Source: Gekko japonicus
Lineage: Eukaryota
NCBI RefSeq assembly: GCF_001447785.1
Contig: NW_015165932.1
Span: forward strand, 1 to 64,000
Direction of reading: 5' to 3'
Length of the DNA stretch: 64,000 nucleotides
Numbering within the stretch: position 1 is the stretch's first letter; each line of letters opens with the position of its first letter. A model generated the notes under the pieces. The model saw only the letters and a list, made by a program, of their open reading frames with translations, searched no databases and was not told the DNA's origin. Of the stretch, positions 47,501 through 59,805 are shown in pieces. The position numbers were made by a program, and so were the translations under genes.

Positions 47501-50500
47501 GGAACAGTCAGGGTTGATTTCTTTTAGGATTGACTGATTTGTTCTTCTTGCAGTCCAAGGGACTCTCAAGAGTCTTCTCCAGCACCATAGTTCAAAAGAA
47601 TCTATTCTTCAGCGCTCGGCTTTCCTTATAGTCCAACTCTCACAGCCATACATGACTACTGGGAATACCATTGCTTTGACCATATGGACTTTTGTTGGCA
47701 GGGAGATGTCTCTACTTTTTATCATGCTGTTTAGGTTCGCCATTGCTTTCCTCCCAAGGAGCAGGCATCTTTTAATTTCATGACTGCTGTCACAGTCTGC
47801 GGTGATCGGGCCTTTTAAAAGTCACTCACATGCCAACCCTGATCAGTCGCAGAGCAGAGTTTCTGACCAAGTCCAGCCATCAAGTCAATAAGTTCCTTAC
47901 CTGGAAGAGTAAGTAGAGCAAGGTATCCCCAATACCTAGAAAGTTGGGAAATGGAAATAAAATTATTATTCTCAGATACTCCTTCTCATCTCTCTCTCCA
48001 ATTTATGTCTCTTAGATTTCATATGGATCATTTGAAACAACAACAAATTATGGAACATATTTCCCTTCCTTTTACCGCATGGTCCCCAATGAAGGCCTTC
48101 AGTATGTGGGAATTGTTCAGTTGCTTCTACATTTCAGATGGAAATGGGTTGGGCTCATCACTACAGAAGACCAAGCTGGGGAACTTTTCTTGCAAGAAAT
48201 TGAGCCAATGCTTTCTAAGAATGGGATCTGTTCAGCCTTCACAGAAAGAGCAGCTACAAAACAACATATGGATATCAGAGCTGAAAACATTCAAAATTTT
48301 TACAGTAATAGTTCAGTTTTCCTAGAAAGCGAAGCCAATGCAATTATTGTACATGGAGAAACATCCAATATTATATGGCTGGCAACTGTTATATGGTTAC
48401 GGTCTCTAGCTGATTTGGAGTATACAGAGAGAAGCTCTGCAGGAAAAGTGTGGATAACAACTGCCCAGATTGATTTCACTTTCACAAGCACTCAAACATC
48501 CTGGGACATAGAAATGTTTCATGGTGCTCTTTCCTTCACAATTCACTCCAGTGAGTTAACAGGTTTCCAAACATTTCTTCAGACTGTAAAACCTCCATGG
48601 ACAAACAAGGATGGTTTTTTCAAGAACTTCTGGGAAGAAGAATTTGATTGTTCTTTTCCCAGTTCTAGAAAGTCTGCAGAGAATAATGAATTATGTAGTG
48701 GAGAAGAGAGACTGGAGAGTATTCCAGCAACACTTTTTGAAATGAGCATGACTGGCCACAGCTACAGCATCTATAACATAGTTTATGCTATGGCATATGC
48801 CTTACATTTCATGCACATAAAGGATGGGAAGACACAGGAAAGCAAGAATGTGATGCCCTGGAAGGTACTCTGTCCCCATGACTTAGATACCCTGTCATGT
48901 TTTCAATACTGTAAGTTGGTGTGAAATGCATCAATCAGCATATCATTAATCATTACAATATTCTAATACTCTATATCTCTTTTCCTCATTTGGCCTAGCT
49001 CCACTCATTTCTTCATTGGATTTCATTCAATAACAGTGCTGGAGATGAAATTGTGTTCAATGACCATGGAGAACTAGCAAGTGGGTTTGATATTACAAAC
49101 TTGGTCACTTTTCCAAACAACTCTTATGTCCGCATCAAGGTTGGAAGGCTGGATCCTTCGGGTCCTCCAGGAAAGGAGCTCACCATTAATGAAGCTAGAA
49201 TTTCATGGCATGAAAAGCTAACACGTGTATGTATGGGTGACCCCTTAGCCCATAAGACTATCAAGCAGTTGATTATGAAGAATATCAATAGTACCATCTG
49301 CCAAGCTAGGTGTTTTTTATCTACTGTGTATGGAAATCCCACCACACTTTACAATCCCAAAATATTCGTTTAACCTTACAATTCCAAGATACAGGCAAGC
49401 AATTATGTTCAGAAAATTAAATGTGCTACCATCTGCAATCTCTATAGGCCATGTATTTGGTATACTATTTTCAGACAGATATTGCAGTTGTGGCTAAGAA
49501 GTCATGGAAACTCTGAAGCATGTTCTATTTGAAAGTCCATGGTATAAGGAGATAGATTCAGGTTGGTAGCCATGGTGAAAGATAAAGGTAGATTCAATGC
49601 CATATGTATTTTTTTTAGAATTTTTTATTGCTTTTCACTATAAACTACCAAACGACACACTACAAATTCAGAGTAGCAAGGTACATTAATCTATCTTGCG
49701 CTTTGGATGTTTCCCTACCCTACATATTCATGTTTACAATATATCATTTAATTTCTAAGTAATAAGTATTCAAATAGAAAGAACAAAAGTTTCTTAATTT
49801 TAGTATTGCATAAGGGCAATAATATAAATTCTTTAAACTTTAACATAGAAAGATCTCAGAACATCATTTGGATGTCTTTTTGTCTTTGCGCTTCTTCTTC
49901 TTCTTCTTCTTTTGCCAGGGGATTTTAACCTTGTAAGATCTGGGTGCAGCATCTCCCAAATCAGAATCAAAGTCACAGTCAAAGATTTCACCCAGGGACA
50001 CTGAAGTAGATGAAGAGCTGTCAGTGGCTGATGTCTGATGATCGCTGTTTTCTTCTGTCACCTTCTTTTCCTCTGCTTCTTTTCTTTCTGTCTTTTTGTC
50101 GGAGTTTGATGCTGCGTCAGGAATGCTTCTGCTTTAGAGAGAGAGTCAATCTTTTCCTTCTTCTCTTTGTAGTTGAATATAAGACCTTCTGGTAAAATCC
50201 ATCAGTATTGGACATTGCTCTTTTGAAGGAATATTGTGATGTTTCTATATTGCTTCCTCTTCTTACGTATTTCAAATGGAACATCTTTCAATATTTTTAT
50301 CTCTTCCTCTTGGATTTTTAATGTTATGACAGTAGAAGCTTTAAGTATCAAGTCTCTTGTTGATCTTTTTGCAAATTTAACAAATATTTCCCATGGAAGT
50401 TTTTTTTTTAACAAACTCTGAATAAGTTCTATAAATCATATCTATGTCTGCTTGCAATATTTCAGGTTTGCTGTTAATCAAGGGGGCCAATGCTTCACTT

Positions 50501-53500
50501 AGGATTTCTCTTAAATTTTCATCTTTTTTTTCTGGTACCCCTTGAAATTTTAAAACATATACGGATCTTTCCATTTGTAATTGTAGTAATTGTTGTTTTT
50601 CAGAAGCTTTTTCTTTATCAGCAATGTCCATTCTTTGATCCATCTCTTTGGTCTTAGTTTCAACCTTTTTTAGCTTTTTGTCCATCTTCTTTGATTTATC
50701 TTTGGTCTCCTTCAGCTCCTTCTGCAAATCATCAAATTTCTTATTGAGATTCGTCAGCTGATCCAGCAGGGGGCACAAGGCTTCAGAAATCGTACCAGCT
50801 ATATTGGTGGCAGTTTCTGGTCTTGTGACTGGTGATGCTGTGCTGGCACTTCCTGTGGTGCCTCTACCTCTGAACGCCATTCCCCCCCCATGATGCAACA
50901 TTGTTTACATTAAGGTAAAAGTTCTTAAAAGTTCTACAGTTTTTCTGTGGACTGAACAACGAGCCCTGCTGCAATCCGCTTGGGTTGGGTGGGTTTCTAA
51001 GAGCTTGTTGTTGGTTTGCTTCCCGTTTCACTGCTTTTTATGCTGTAGAATAGAGTTCTTCCTCCCGAGAGTTCCCCCCCTTTCTCTATGGGGCTTTGAA
51101 GTCTCGCTGTCAGTTCCTCCACCCTCTTTACTTTTGTCTTTCTTTTGAAACTTGCTCACTCACTATTTTTTTCCCTCTGGGTGTCATTCCATAGGGAGAG
51201 TCCTTTTGCTTAAGTCCTTGCATGCTCTGGTCCGGTAATTTCTCTGGCCGCCATTGCTGGCCTCGGGCCCAGTCTTTCAGTATTCATGCTGTTGAGTCTA
51301 TATATGTGAAGAGATTGGCCAGTATCAGAGCCCACTACTCTACATGTGATGTAAGTAGCTCGGCTACTATAAAATCACTTCCTGGGGCTTAACCATTTTT
51401 CAACTGCAATATCAGCAATGTGACTTCACTTACTCTAACTGGCAACCATGATGGAACATCTCTTAAGGAGTTAATAATGGGTGGTTTATATTGTCAGTCC
51501 TCATACAAAGTGGCAAAATGGTTTTCCCAGACCTCCACTTGTCTAGAACTTGCCAGAGTATCAACTTTGCTTCCCTGTAAGCCAGAAGTCATTTTCCAAA
51601 AACTTATATTATCTTTGAACATAGTAGCCTTAATAAGTGGTTGCCATAAAAGGTATGTGGCTGCCATCTTTTTGTTTTTCAACAGGATTTAGTAGGCTCT
51701 TTTCTTGGCTTGAGTTTCAATTTTAGTATCCAGGGTGAGGTTAGATTGAAATGCTTTAAAGCATTCTATAAGCTCTATCTTAGCCTGGATGCTCTCACGC
51801 TCAAACCAGGCGGGCTGATCACAATAGGTAGGAATGATTGGCAAGCAGTCTGAGATATCCAAAAGATTGGAGGTAGTGTCTGGAACAGTGCATCACTGGC
51901 TGTGCAGCAGAGTGTGGCTGGGAAGGAACAGTGCTTGGTGCTGAGCAACATCTTTCTGAACCTGGTAGTGGCTGTACAGTGCATCCAGTGAGGGGCTGTA
52001 GCTGGGCACATCTTGGCACATTTTGTATAGGCAATAATAAACGAACCCAGAAAAAGATCCTGGCTGTGTTTACAGTAAGGGTGGATCTGCCAGAAAAGGA
52101 AGCACAGGATGTCTAGCACAGCCCACCAGTTTAAATATGTTAGCATATTTATGATGCAGATCATATTAATGCATTAAATCTACTAGTTAAACACAAGCTG
52201 TTGTCTCAGGTCTTCACTGAATAGATGCCTGGGGCAAAGCCACAACTGGCCACACACACTTTCTAAAAAAAACCTAGCAGATCCCAAGAAAAATGTTGGC
52301 TGGTACAATGAATCCCAAGGGTACCATGTTGGGGTTCTCCTTCAGTAAGTATTTATAACAATTGATGTGCCCTCCTGGAGATCTCAGATATCATATTTCT
52401 GTATATTCAGTCGACCCTAAAGTGCTTTTTGAAGCCTACATTCTCTTATTTCCCCAGAATAGGTGCCTCCATTCTCTGTCTGTAATGACCACTGCAAGCC
52501 AGGATACAGCAGGAAAAAGAAAGAGGGAGAGAAATTTTGCTGCTATGATTGTGCTTCATGTCCAGAAGGGAAGATGTCAAACCAAGAGGGTAGGAGATGA
52601 ATTGTTACAAATACTCCTCGAGATAAATAGAAAGCATTTTAGTGAACTAACTGCTGGGGTTGGACCTGGGGGTATTTGAATATCGGTATTTTAAGCAATA
52701 TGAAAAACATGCTAATGATTCTGTTTAACATCAGTTCATAATCATTTCCTTAGTTCTTCACAGATTCTGCAGAGGTATTATGGGGATTTCAGAGGTACAA
52801 TGCAATTCTAAGAAGAATATCATTGTTCTAGGTCAAATTGACAAGAATGGGCTTGGAGGGGTGTAATGTCTGATTAGGATTGTACTGATATTATGAACTA
52901 TGAAAAATGAGTGTCAAAAATCTTTCAACCACGAGGAGATTTATTTGGTCCTTTCTGTCCTTGAGAGAAGGATCGATAGCCACTTTAGAGTATACAATAC
53001 TGATGTAGAAAAACTGTTCAGTCCCTGGCATCCCATGATTTTTCTATCATGTTAGGATACTTTCAAAAAATTGTTGTCACTCAGAGCCTTAGTTATGGAG
53101 CTAAATGTAATTTACTACCTCATATCTGCTTCATATGCCTGCTTAGAAAATTTAAGTAGACATCCTTCCTTTTTCAGACATGGAATACTGTGTTGCCTGT
53201 CCAGAAGATCAATATCCAAGCAGTAGTCAAGATCAATGCATCCCCAAAATTCCAAATTTCCTCTCCTTGGAAGAACCTCTGGGCATTCTGTTAGCCTGCT
53301 TGGCTCTCTTCTTTTCGCTGATCACAGCTTTGATGCTCGGAATTTTCATTAAGCACCAGAACACTCCCATAGTCAAAGCCAACAACCGCAACCTCACCTA
53401 CATTCTCCTCACCTCGCTCCTTCTCTGCTTCAGTTGCTCTCTGCTATTCATTGGACAGCCAAATGAGTTGACCTGTCTGCTCCGACAAACATTGTTTGGA

Positions 53501-54088
53501 ATCATCTTCTCAGTTGCTGTTTCTTCTGTCTTGGCAAAAACTGTGACAGTAGTTGTGGCTTTCATGGCCTCCAAACCAGGAAGTATTGTCAGGAAATGGA
53601 TGGGGAAAAGAATGATGTATTCAATTGTCATTTCCTGCTCCCTTGTTCAAGTAGGTATTTGTAGTCTTTGGTTGAGTATTTCTCCCCCATTCCCAGATCT
53701 GGACATGGACTCAGTGATGGAAAACATCATAGTGAAATGCAATGAAGGGTCAGTCACCATGTTTTACTGTGTCTTGGGCTACATGGGCTTTCTGGCCACC
53801 ATCAGCTTCACTGTGGCTTTCCTAGCCAGGAAGCTGCCTGACACTTTCAATGAAGCCAAGTTCATCACCTTCAGCATGTTAATCTTTTGCAGTGTCTGGC
53901 TGTCCTTTGTCCCGAGCTACCTGAGCACCAGAGGAAAAGACATGGTGGCCATGGAGATCTTCTCCATCTTGGCCTCCAGTGCTAGCTTACTGTGCTGTAT
54001 CTTTTCTCCCAAATGCTATATCATAATACTGAGGCCTGAGTTGAACAGCAGAGAGCAGCTGGTAAGAAAAAAGCATTATGATATTTAA
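41340..54088 (+). CDS. Vmn2r: V2R-3: vomeronasal type-2 receptor (family-level call), 6 exons, ~871 aa, apparently intact
   Basis: Exons 41340-41548, 42666-42957, 48016-48864, 48999-49226, 52463-52589, 53178-54088; GT-AG, phase-compatible, total 2616 nt. Confidence 0.93.
42666..42957 (+). CDS. Vmn2r: V2R-3 exon 2
   Basis: 292 bp, [13 protein letters not shown]. Confidence 0.93.
43102..43918. repeat. ~0.4-kb imperfect tandem duplication in V2R-3 intron 2
   Basis: 43102-43494 repeated at 43495-43918 with several SNPs and two micro-duplications. Confidence 0.88.
44290..46123 (-). mobile_element. ORF1-only L1-derived element (HAL1-like), full length, decayed
   Basis: 5' end GAGATTTCCGGTTTTGGCG; ORF1 coiled coil + RRM/CTD fragments (45167-45406, 44913-45107); 3' AATAAA/A-rich end; TSD TGTTCTCTTTT (44279-44289, 46124-46134); no ORF2. 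Confidence 0.78.
47228..47807 (-). mobile_element. RTE-BovB LINE 3' fragment
   Basis: [55 protein letters not shown]; (CAC)n tail; absent at the paralogous V2R-2 site. Confidence 0.92.
48016..48864 (+). CDS. Vmn2r: V2R-3 exon 3
   Basis: 849 bp, ISYGSF..MPWK|GTACTC. Confidence 0.93.
48999..49226 (+). CDS. Vmn2r: V2R-3 exon 4
   Basis: 228 bp, [16 protein letters not shown].. Confidence 0.9.
49609..51270 (-). mobile_element. Second ORF1-only L1-derived element (HAL1-like), decayed
   Basis: CpG-rich 5' end with CAATGGCGG; ORF1 fragments 50377-50901, 50202-50414, 49864-50061; 3' end TTTTTTATTGCTTTT (+ strand) shared with the 44290 element; TSD not resolved. Confidence 0.68.
51380..51750 (-). 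mobile_element. LINE ORF2 linker fragment (L2/CR1 group), old
   Basis: [24 protein letters not shown], similar to the LINE part at 58116-58345. Confidence 0.45.
52463..52589 (+). CDS. Vmn2r: V2R-3 exon 5
   Basis: 127 bp, [23 protein letters not shown]. Confidence 0.9.
53178..54088 (+). CDS. Vmn2r: V2R-3 exon 6 (7TM)
   Basis: TTTCAG|AC acceptor; ends VRKKHYDI*. Confidence 0.95.
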
Positions 54089-54764
54089 TAGTCCATCCAC
54101 CTGCTCTGTTGTTAGTTCTGTTTGTGCTGAAGTATCCTGGGAATGACCATGGCAGTGCTAGTCTAATCTATTGAAAGAGTCAGTGTGGTCTATTCCAAAA
54201 TATTCTTTTTTATTCCAGATGTTATGGGTGAGGAAACAACTGCCTGTATAATAAGTTCTTTTTTCCTGATTTCCATGGTAGAAGTCATTACTAAAATGGG
54301 GAAGGGGCTCAAAGCCCATCAAGGAGGTTCCATGCTGACTCTCTGCTGAATGGATAAAATAAAGGAATCAAACATTCTAGTGATGCATGTAAATCTACAA
54401 AATAGAATGTGAAAACTTCTTCGAGAGAGAGGAAAGCAGTAGCTACACTGCATATCGAAATATTGACTGAAACATTGTTAGACTTTTATGACAAAGAAAG
54501 AGTTGCCTTTAAAAGACAAGAAACAAATGTGAAAATAATATATGGTGGTAATTCCTTAAATATAGGGAATGTAAGAAATAGATAGATAGATGGTTTTCAT
54601 TCAAGTATGTCACAGCCTTTTTTAAAGTGATTATAGATTCAGTAGTAGGGATTTTTATATGTGCTACATTTGCCTCTTTGGGGAATTGTTTCATTTCATC
54701 TGTAAAATACAAAACAGTTTGTTTCATCAACACAGTTGTGGCTGCTCATGTAAAATACAACAGC

Positions 54765-57700
54765 ATTGATCTATAATCTAATGTATTACAGCAAGAGCCA
54801 GTAAAACAGTACAGTTCTGATATAAGAAAGATTAAAACAGTAATAACATAGGAGTTGTCTAAAAACATTAACAAGAGAAAATTAATAAAATTAGTAAAAT
54901 AAAATAATATTAAGAGAATCACACAATTTTTTCAGCTAAAATAAGTTTACATTTCCTAATAGCTAAGCAACAAAATTTTGCCACAGAGTAAGTCACTGAG
55001 CTCTGAACGTCTTCTAAGAGGAATTTACAAAGGACTTCTGGCCTAAAGTCAAGATAAGACTGCAGAGAGCTAAATCTAGACAGAAGGGGCAATATAAGAA
55101 GATGGTCTCGTTCCTCCTGATAGAATCTGCAGAACCAGGAGGACATGAGTAACTGATTCCACCATATTAGCCATGCATGGGCATATACGTTCATGCATTG
55201 GAACTCGAGTGAATTTACCTTGCAGTATAGTGGAAGAGAGTGCCTCAAAACGGACTCTGGAAAAGGTCCATCTATAGGGCTCATAGGTAATGTTAACTAA
55301 ATAAAGGGCAGCAGTAAAATTAGGCCAAGATTTTATATTTTGGAAGTTCTTGAGTAGTGAAGTTTCTTCATTTTGTAATTCAGTATCATGAACCCTCTGC
55401 GCGACAGCTGTTCTTGCCTTGTATAGGCTTCAATAGAAGAGATCTTCTGGGAATAGGCCAATCTGATTTAATTTATTAAGAATTTGTGTGGACCAGGCAG
55501 GGTATGGGTCTGAAGCTAAAAGGTAAGGTATTAAACCTTTTGGGTTGTAATGAATTTTTAGGCAGAGTGTTATAGCCTGCTCACAGACCTTTGCTTCAAC
55601 TCTGAGTAGCTCAGCCTCTTGTCTAAGTGTTACAGTAGAAGTGCTTCTAGGAACGCCAAATAGAGATCTAAGAAATTTAGACTGAACCCTTTCAAGGGTC
55701 TTTAGATTGGCAGAAAGTCCAATTTGTGAACCATACCGGAGTTGAGCCAATGGGTTTGCCTGGAAGGTTTTTAAGGCCATGGAGAGAAAACCTGCACCTT
55801 TCCTTATAAATAATCTAAGAATGGCATTTGCACTTCTCTCTGCCAGGTTAGCTGATGAGGATAGATGTGCTGAGAATTTGGAATTATATGAAAAGGTAAT
55901 GCCTGAGTATTGAAAGTTCTTAACTTGATCTATGGCATTTCCTTTAATATTGCAGTTGAACTTCCTGAATGGGTTACCAAAATGGACAAATTTAGTTTTA
56001 GCAAAATGAATAGTTAATAATTCGGAGTCACATTGCTCTTTAAATTTTTATCAGGGCTCACTTCAGGCCAATCCTTGTCTGGGATAAAAGAACAGCATCA
56101 TCAGCATACATTAATATTGGAACCTTTCTGCTACCTGAGAATGAGGGAGCATGAGCATCAACTGAATAAAGGCATGTGATCAAAGAGTTAAATAAGAAAG
56201 GAGCCAGAAGGCAACCTTGTCTGACTCTTTTTTTTTTTGCACTGGAATTCTTTTCGATAGTTTCCCATCTTGTGTGAGTCTTATTTGGATAGTATTATTT
56301 TCATGCAGTTTAATTAATAAAAGCAATAGCCTTCTATCGATACCCATGTCAGGCAATTTGGCCCAAAGCCTTCACATAGAAACAGAATCAAAGGCTGCCT
56401 TGAGGTAATCTAGGACCAAGCAATGATCAATAGTAGCGCGCCCAGGTGTGAAACCAGTAATTTGCTATGATCTAGCCATTCACACAGCTTCGGACAGAGG
56501 TATTAAGTATATAACTTACAAATCACATTCAGAAGACTAATTGGCCTGTAGTTCAATGGGCCATAGGGGCTACCCTTTTTAAATAAAGGAACAATTATAG
56601 CCAAGCCCCAGTCTTTAGGAATCTGGAGCCCACCAATCTATGTGCAATTTTAAAAGCTCAGCAAGTCAACCTCCTGGGGCTTTTCCAGATTTCAGTTGTG
56701 ATATTAACAAGTGTCAGGTCCCACCGCAATCAACGGAGTACACACTTGTAAAAAGGTATTACTTTATTGAAGCCATGAGTCACTGGGAACACAACGGTAA
56801 CTTCTTTATCAGTGCTTAATACTTCTCATCGTTTCTACTCATTAAAACAAAGCAAAGCAGAGAGCCGCCTCCATCTCTTAACCACCTGTGACCTTGGAAA
56901 TGATAATGTTACAGCAGACAGGCCTGGCGTAGACTAACAAGAATGCAGCTATGAATATATGTGTATGGGTAAATGGGCTGACTACTAGGGAGGGGGGGAA
57001 AAACATACAGAAAAGGTACATTGGCAAATACAGGTACCAAATACATATAGGAGGTCCGAGAACCATTGGCAGCTTGCTGACATACTGCCCTCCCGAAAAT
57101 TCACTTCCCACCACAATCTCCCGGTCAGGCCGGGAGACCTCCCCGTTTCCCCGGGAAATTCCGATGGAACTTGTGCAGCATGTGAGGGGCCCGAATATCC
57201 CCTACTTCCACCCATTCAAGGTGCTGGGGTCCGAAGTCTTTCCATTCCACCAGATAAAACAGTTTACCACATTTCAGCTTAGAGTCTAGAATACTCGCTA
57301 TCTCGTAATGTTCCTGGCCATCCACCAGGACAGGCAGTGGCGGTACATTGTCCCCTCGCCAGGGGCAGGACCCATTGTGTTTCTTCAGAAGGCTGAAATG
57401 AAATACAGAATGTAAGGATCTCAAATTCTTAGGCAGTTCCACATCAACAGTGACTTCATTGATAAACCTTTGCACTTTAAAAGGTCCTATAAATTTCCAG
57501 TCCAATTTCCTGCTGGGACGCAACATTTTGATATTTTTGGTAGACACATACACCAAGTCCCCAGGCCGCAGAGCCCAACCCTCCACCCTACCTCTATCGG
57601 CCTGTTTCTTGTAAGCTGCCTTGGCAGCATCCAGTGTCTTGCAGAGGAGAGGCCATGCCTCCTGCAGTTGTTTACACCACATACTTGCATCACCCGTCCC

Positions 57701-58345
57701 CAATTCCTGCCCCCCCCAAAAAAAATGCATAGGAGGGCTGTCATAGCCATACAGTGCTTTAAAAGGGGACATGCCAATGGACACATGGCAAGTGTTGTTA
57801 TAACAGTACTCAGCCAGAGGTAATAAGTCACACCAATCATCTTGTTGCTTAATACTTCTCACAGTTTCTACTTATTAAAACAAAGCAAAGCAGAGAGCCA
57901 CCTCCATCTCTTAACCACCTGTGACCTTGGAAATGATAACGTTACAGCAGACAGGCCTGGCGTAGACTAACAAGAATGCAGCTATGAATATATGCACATG
58001 GGTAAATGGGCTGACTACTGGGGGGGGGGAACTTACAGAAAAGGTACATTGGCAAATACAGGTACCAAATACATATAGGAGGTCCAAGAACCATTGGCAG
58101 CTTGCTGACAACAAGGTGGTCTCAGATACAGAGACTGGAGGCCATTGTGTGGAGTGATCTAAAAGAATATCAGGAGGAGCAAGATACTGCTGATCTCTAA
58201 ATAAGCTGTTATAATGCTCTTCTCATGCTTCTGCAGAGATAGGATTGGGAGCATTAGAAGTCTTGATTTGTGAATTGGAGATGATTTTCCAGAAGCTGAC
58301 ATTATCCTACTTTTGTTTCTGATTTATTTGACAAATATGAAAAGA
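54765..58345 (-). mobile_element. Decayed L2/CR1-group LINE (RT region), interrupted by a Gypsy insertion
   Basis: Minus-strand remnants GKAPG, PKDWGLAIIVPLFKKG, NYRPISLLNV, LKAAFDSV, QGCLLAP, YADDAVLL; absent from the paralogous spacer downstream of V2R-2; clade uncertain. Confidence 0.7.
56712..58110 (-). mobile_element. Gypsy chromovirus, heavily deleted (partial 5' LTR + integrase C-terminus/chromodomain + 3' LTR)
   Basis: TSD ACAAG (56707-56711, 58111-58115); 3' LTR 56712-57082; partial 5' LTR 57846-58110; ORF 57125-57862 is homologous to the Pol C-terminus of the 8544-13955 element. Confidence 0.93.
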
Positions 58346-59236
58346 AGCTAAATGGTTTGAAGGCTGTCATGTAGCGAGGATGTTATGAGGATTAAATGGA
58401 GAAGGGGAGGGTAAAAATAGATATCATTTGCCCAATGAACTGAAAGAGAGACTCCAACCAAAGGCTAGATCCAACATTCTAATGTCCCTCCCACCAAAGA
58501 CAGGATCCAACCTTCCTGTAGGCTGGGAGTAGATGAGAGAATATATATTCCTAAAGCTGCCGCCTAAGATTATGATAGAAGAATTCAAGATTTATTTGTT
58601 TGCAGCTCAGACACTTAAGGCCAAAGTAGGCATCATGGTTGAACACACCTCTTCCTTGTACACCCCTTCACCACATTGTGAAGAAGGATTCCTGTCCTTC
58701 CTTACACCATCAATGAATCACTGAACAAAAGTGGGAATGGGAAAATCATCCCTGATCTCATAAAATTCCTGTACATTTCCCCTAGGCAAACATCAACTTT
58801 TGCTAGACTTCTAAAATTCATGGAATTGTATCCTAATCCAGATGACATGTGAGCCCCTGTTTTTAGCCATTGAAAAGATAGTGAGAGCTGGCCACGTATC
58901 TCACATAATATAGCCTAGTTTGGTCCTCAGTCTGCCAAGAATAAAAATTGTATGATGTCTTGCAGATATCTCACGAATTTAGATTCAGGTGTGGGATGTG
59001 ATTGAGGTTTGATCATTCAGTCCTTGAAGAATTTGGTTGCAGGGGAGGAAGTATCCCCTTGTAGTACTGTCACTTCTGTTCCAAGCATGCCCATTTCCCA
59101 TTTGATTCCCTCCTAAGTCTTATTATGGAATGTTGCCACTTTAGTACATAGAAATTCTGGTGCAATCTGAAAACCATGTTTGCTTCCACATTCTGACACA
59201 AAGAACTGTACACAGATCTCAAAAAAAAAAGTGTAG

Positions 59237-59352
59237 TGTGATTATCTCCCCTGTAATGATCAAAATCACTGTAATTGATCTGCCCTGTCAGAGCTGCAAT
59301 GGCTCTCCAGGATACATAAAAAATGAGCATCTGAAATGTGTAGTTATAAAAA
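59237..59352 (+). promoter_or_regulatory. Putative V2R-4 core promoter
   Basis: ATTATCTCCCCTGTAATGATCAAA (59241-59264), TAATTG, TTATAAAAA (~59344). Confidence 0.6.
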
Positions 59353-59596
59353 CTCCTGTGCATCTGTCATAGCTAAGATGAGGGACTGGAGACATCATCT
59401 TTAATCGACACTCCTCAGCTGGCATGCAACATTTCCTTTTTGCACCCCATTCAGTCAGATGACAAAGCTGGTAAACGCCAGGTTCAGAATTTCATTTGAA
59501 GTGCCAGCTGCCGTCCAAGCCACCTTCTGGAACTCCTGGAGAAAACTAGGACACCAGGAGAGTCTGCATCTGGAATGAAACTTTGCCATCATCAAG

Positions 59597-59805
59597 ATGG
59601 AATCTTTGGTGCTGCTCCTGTTCTGTCATGTGGCGTACAAGATACATAGTCTGAAGTGTGTGCAGACAGAACCCCTTCATATTCCCCATGAGTGGCACCA
59701 GCCAGGTGAACTGCTCATCGGTGCGGTTGTAACTCATATTGGTGGTGATTCCCCTAAAATTTCCTTTGACAAACACCCTTCTCAGGAATCTACTAACTAC
59801 CCACA
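59597..59805 (+). CDS. Vmn2r: V2R-4 exon 1
   Basis: [24 protein letters not shown]. Confidence 0.88.
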
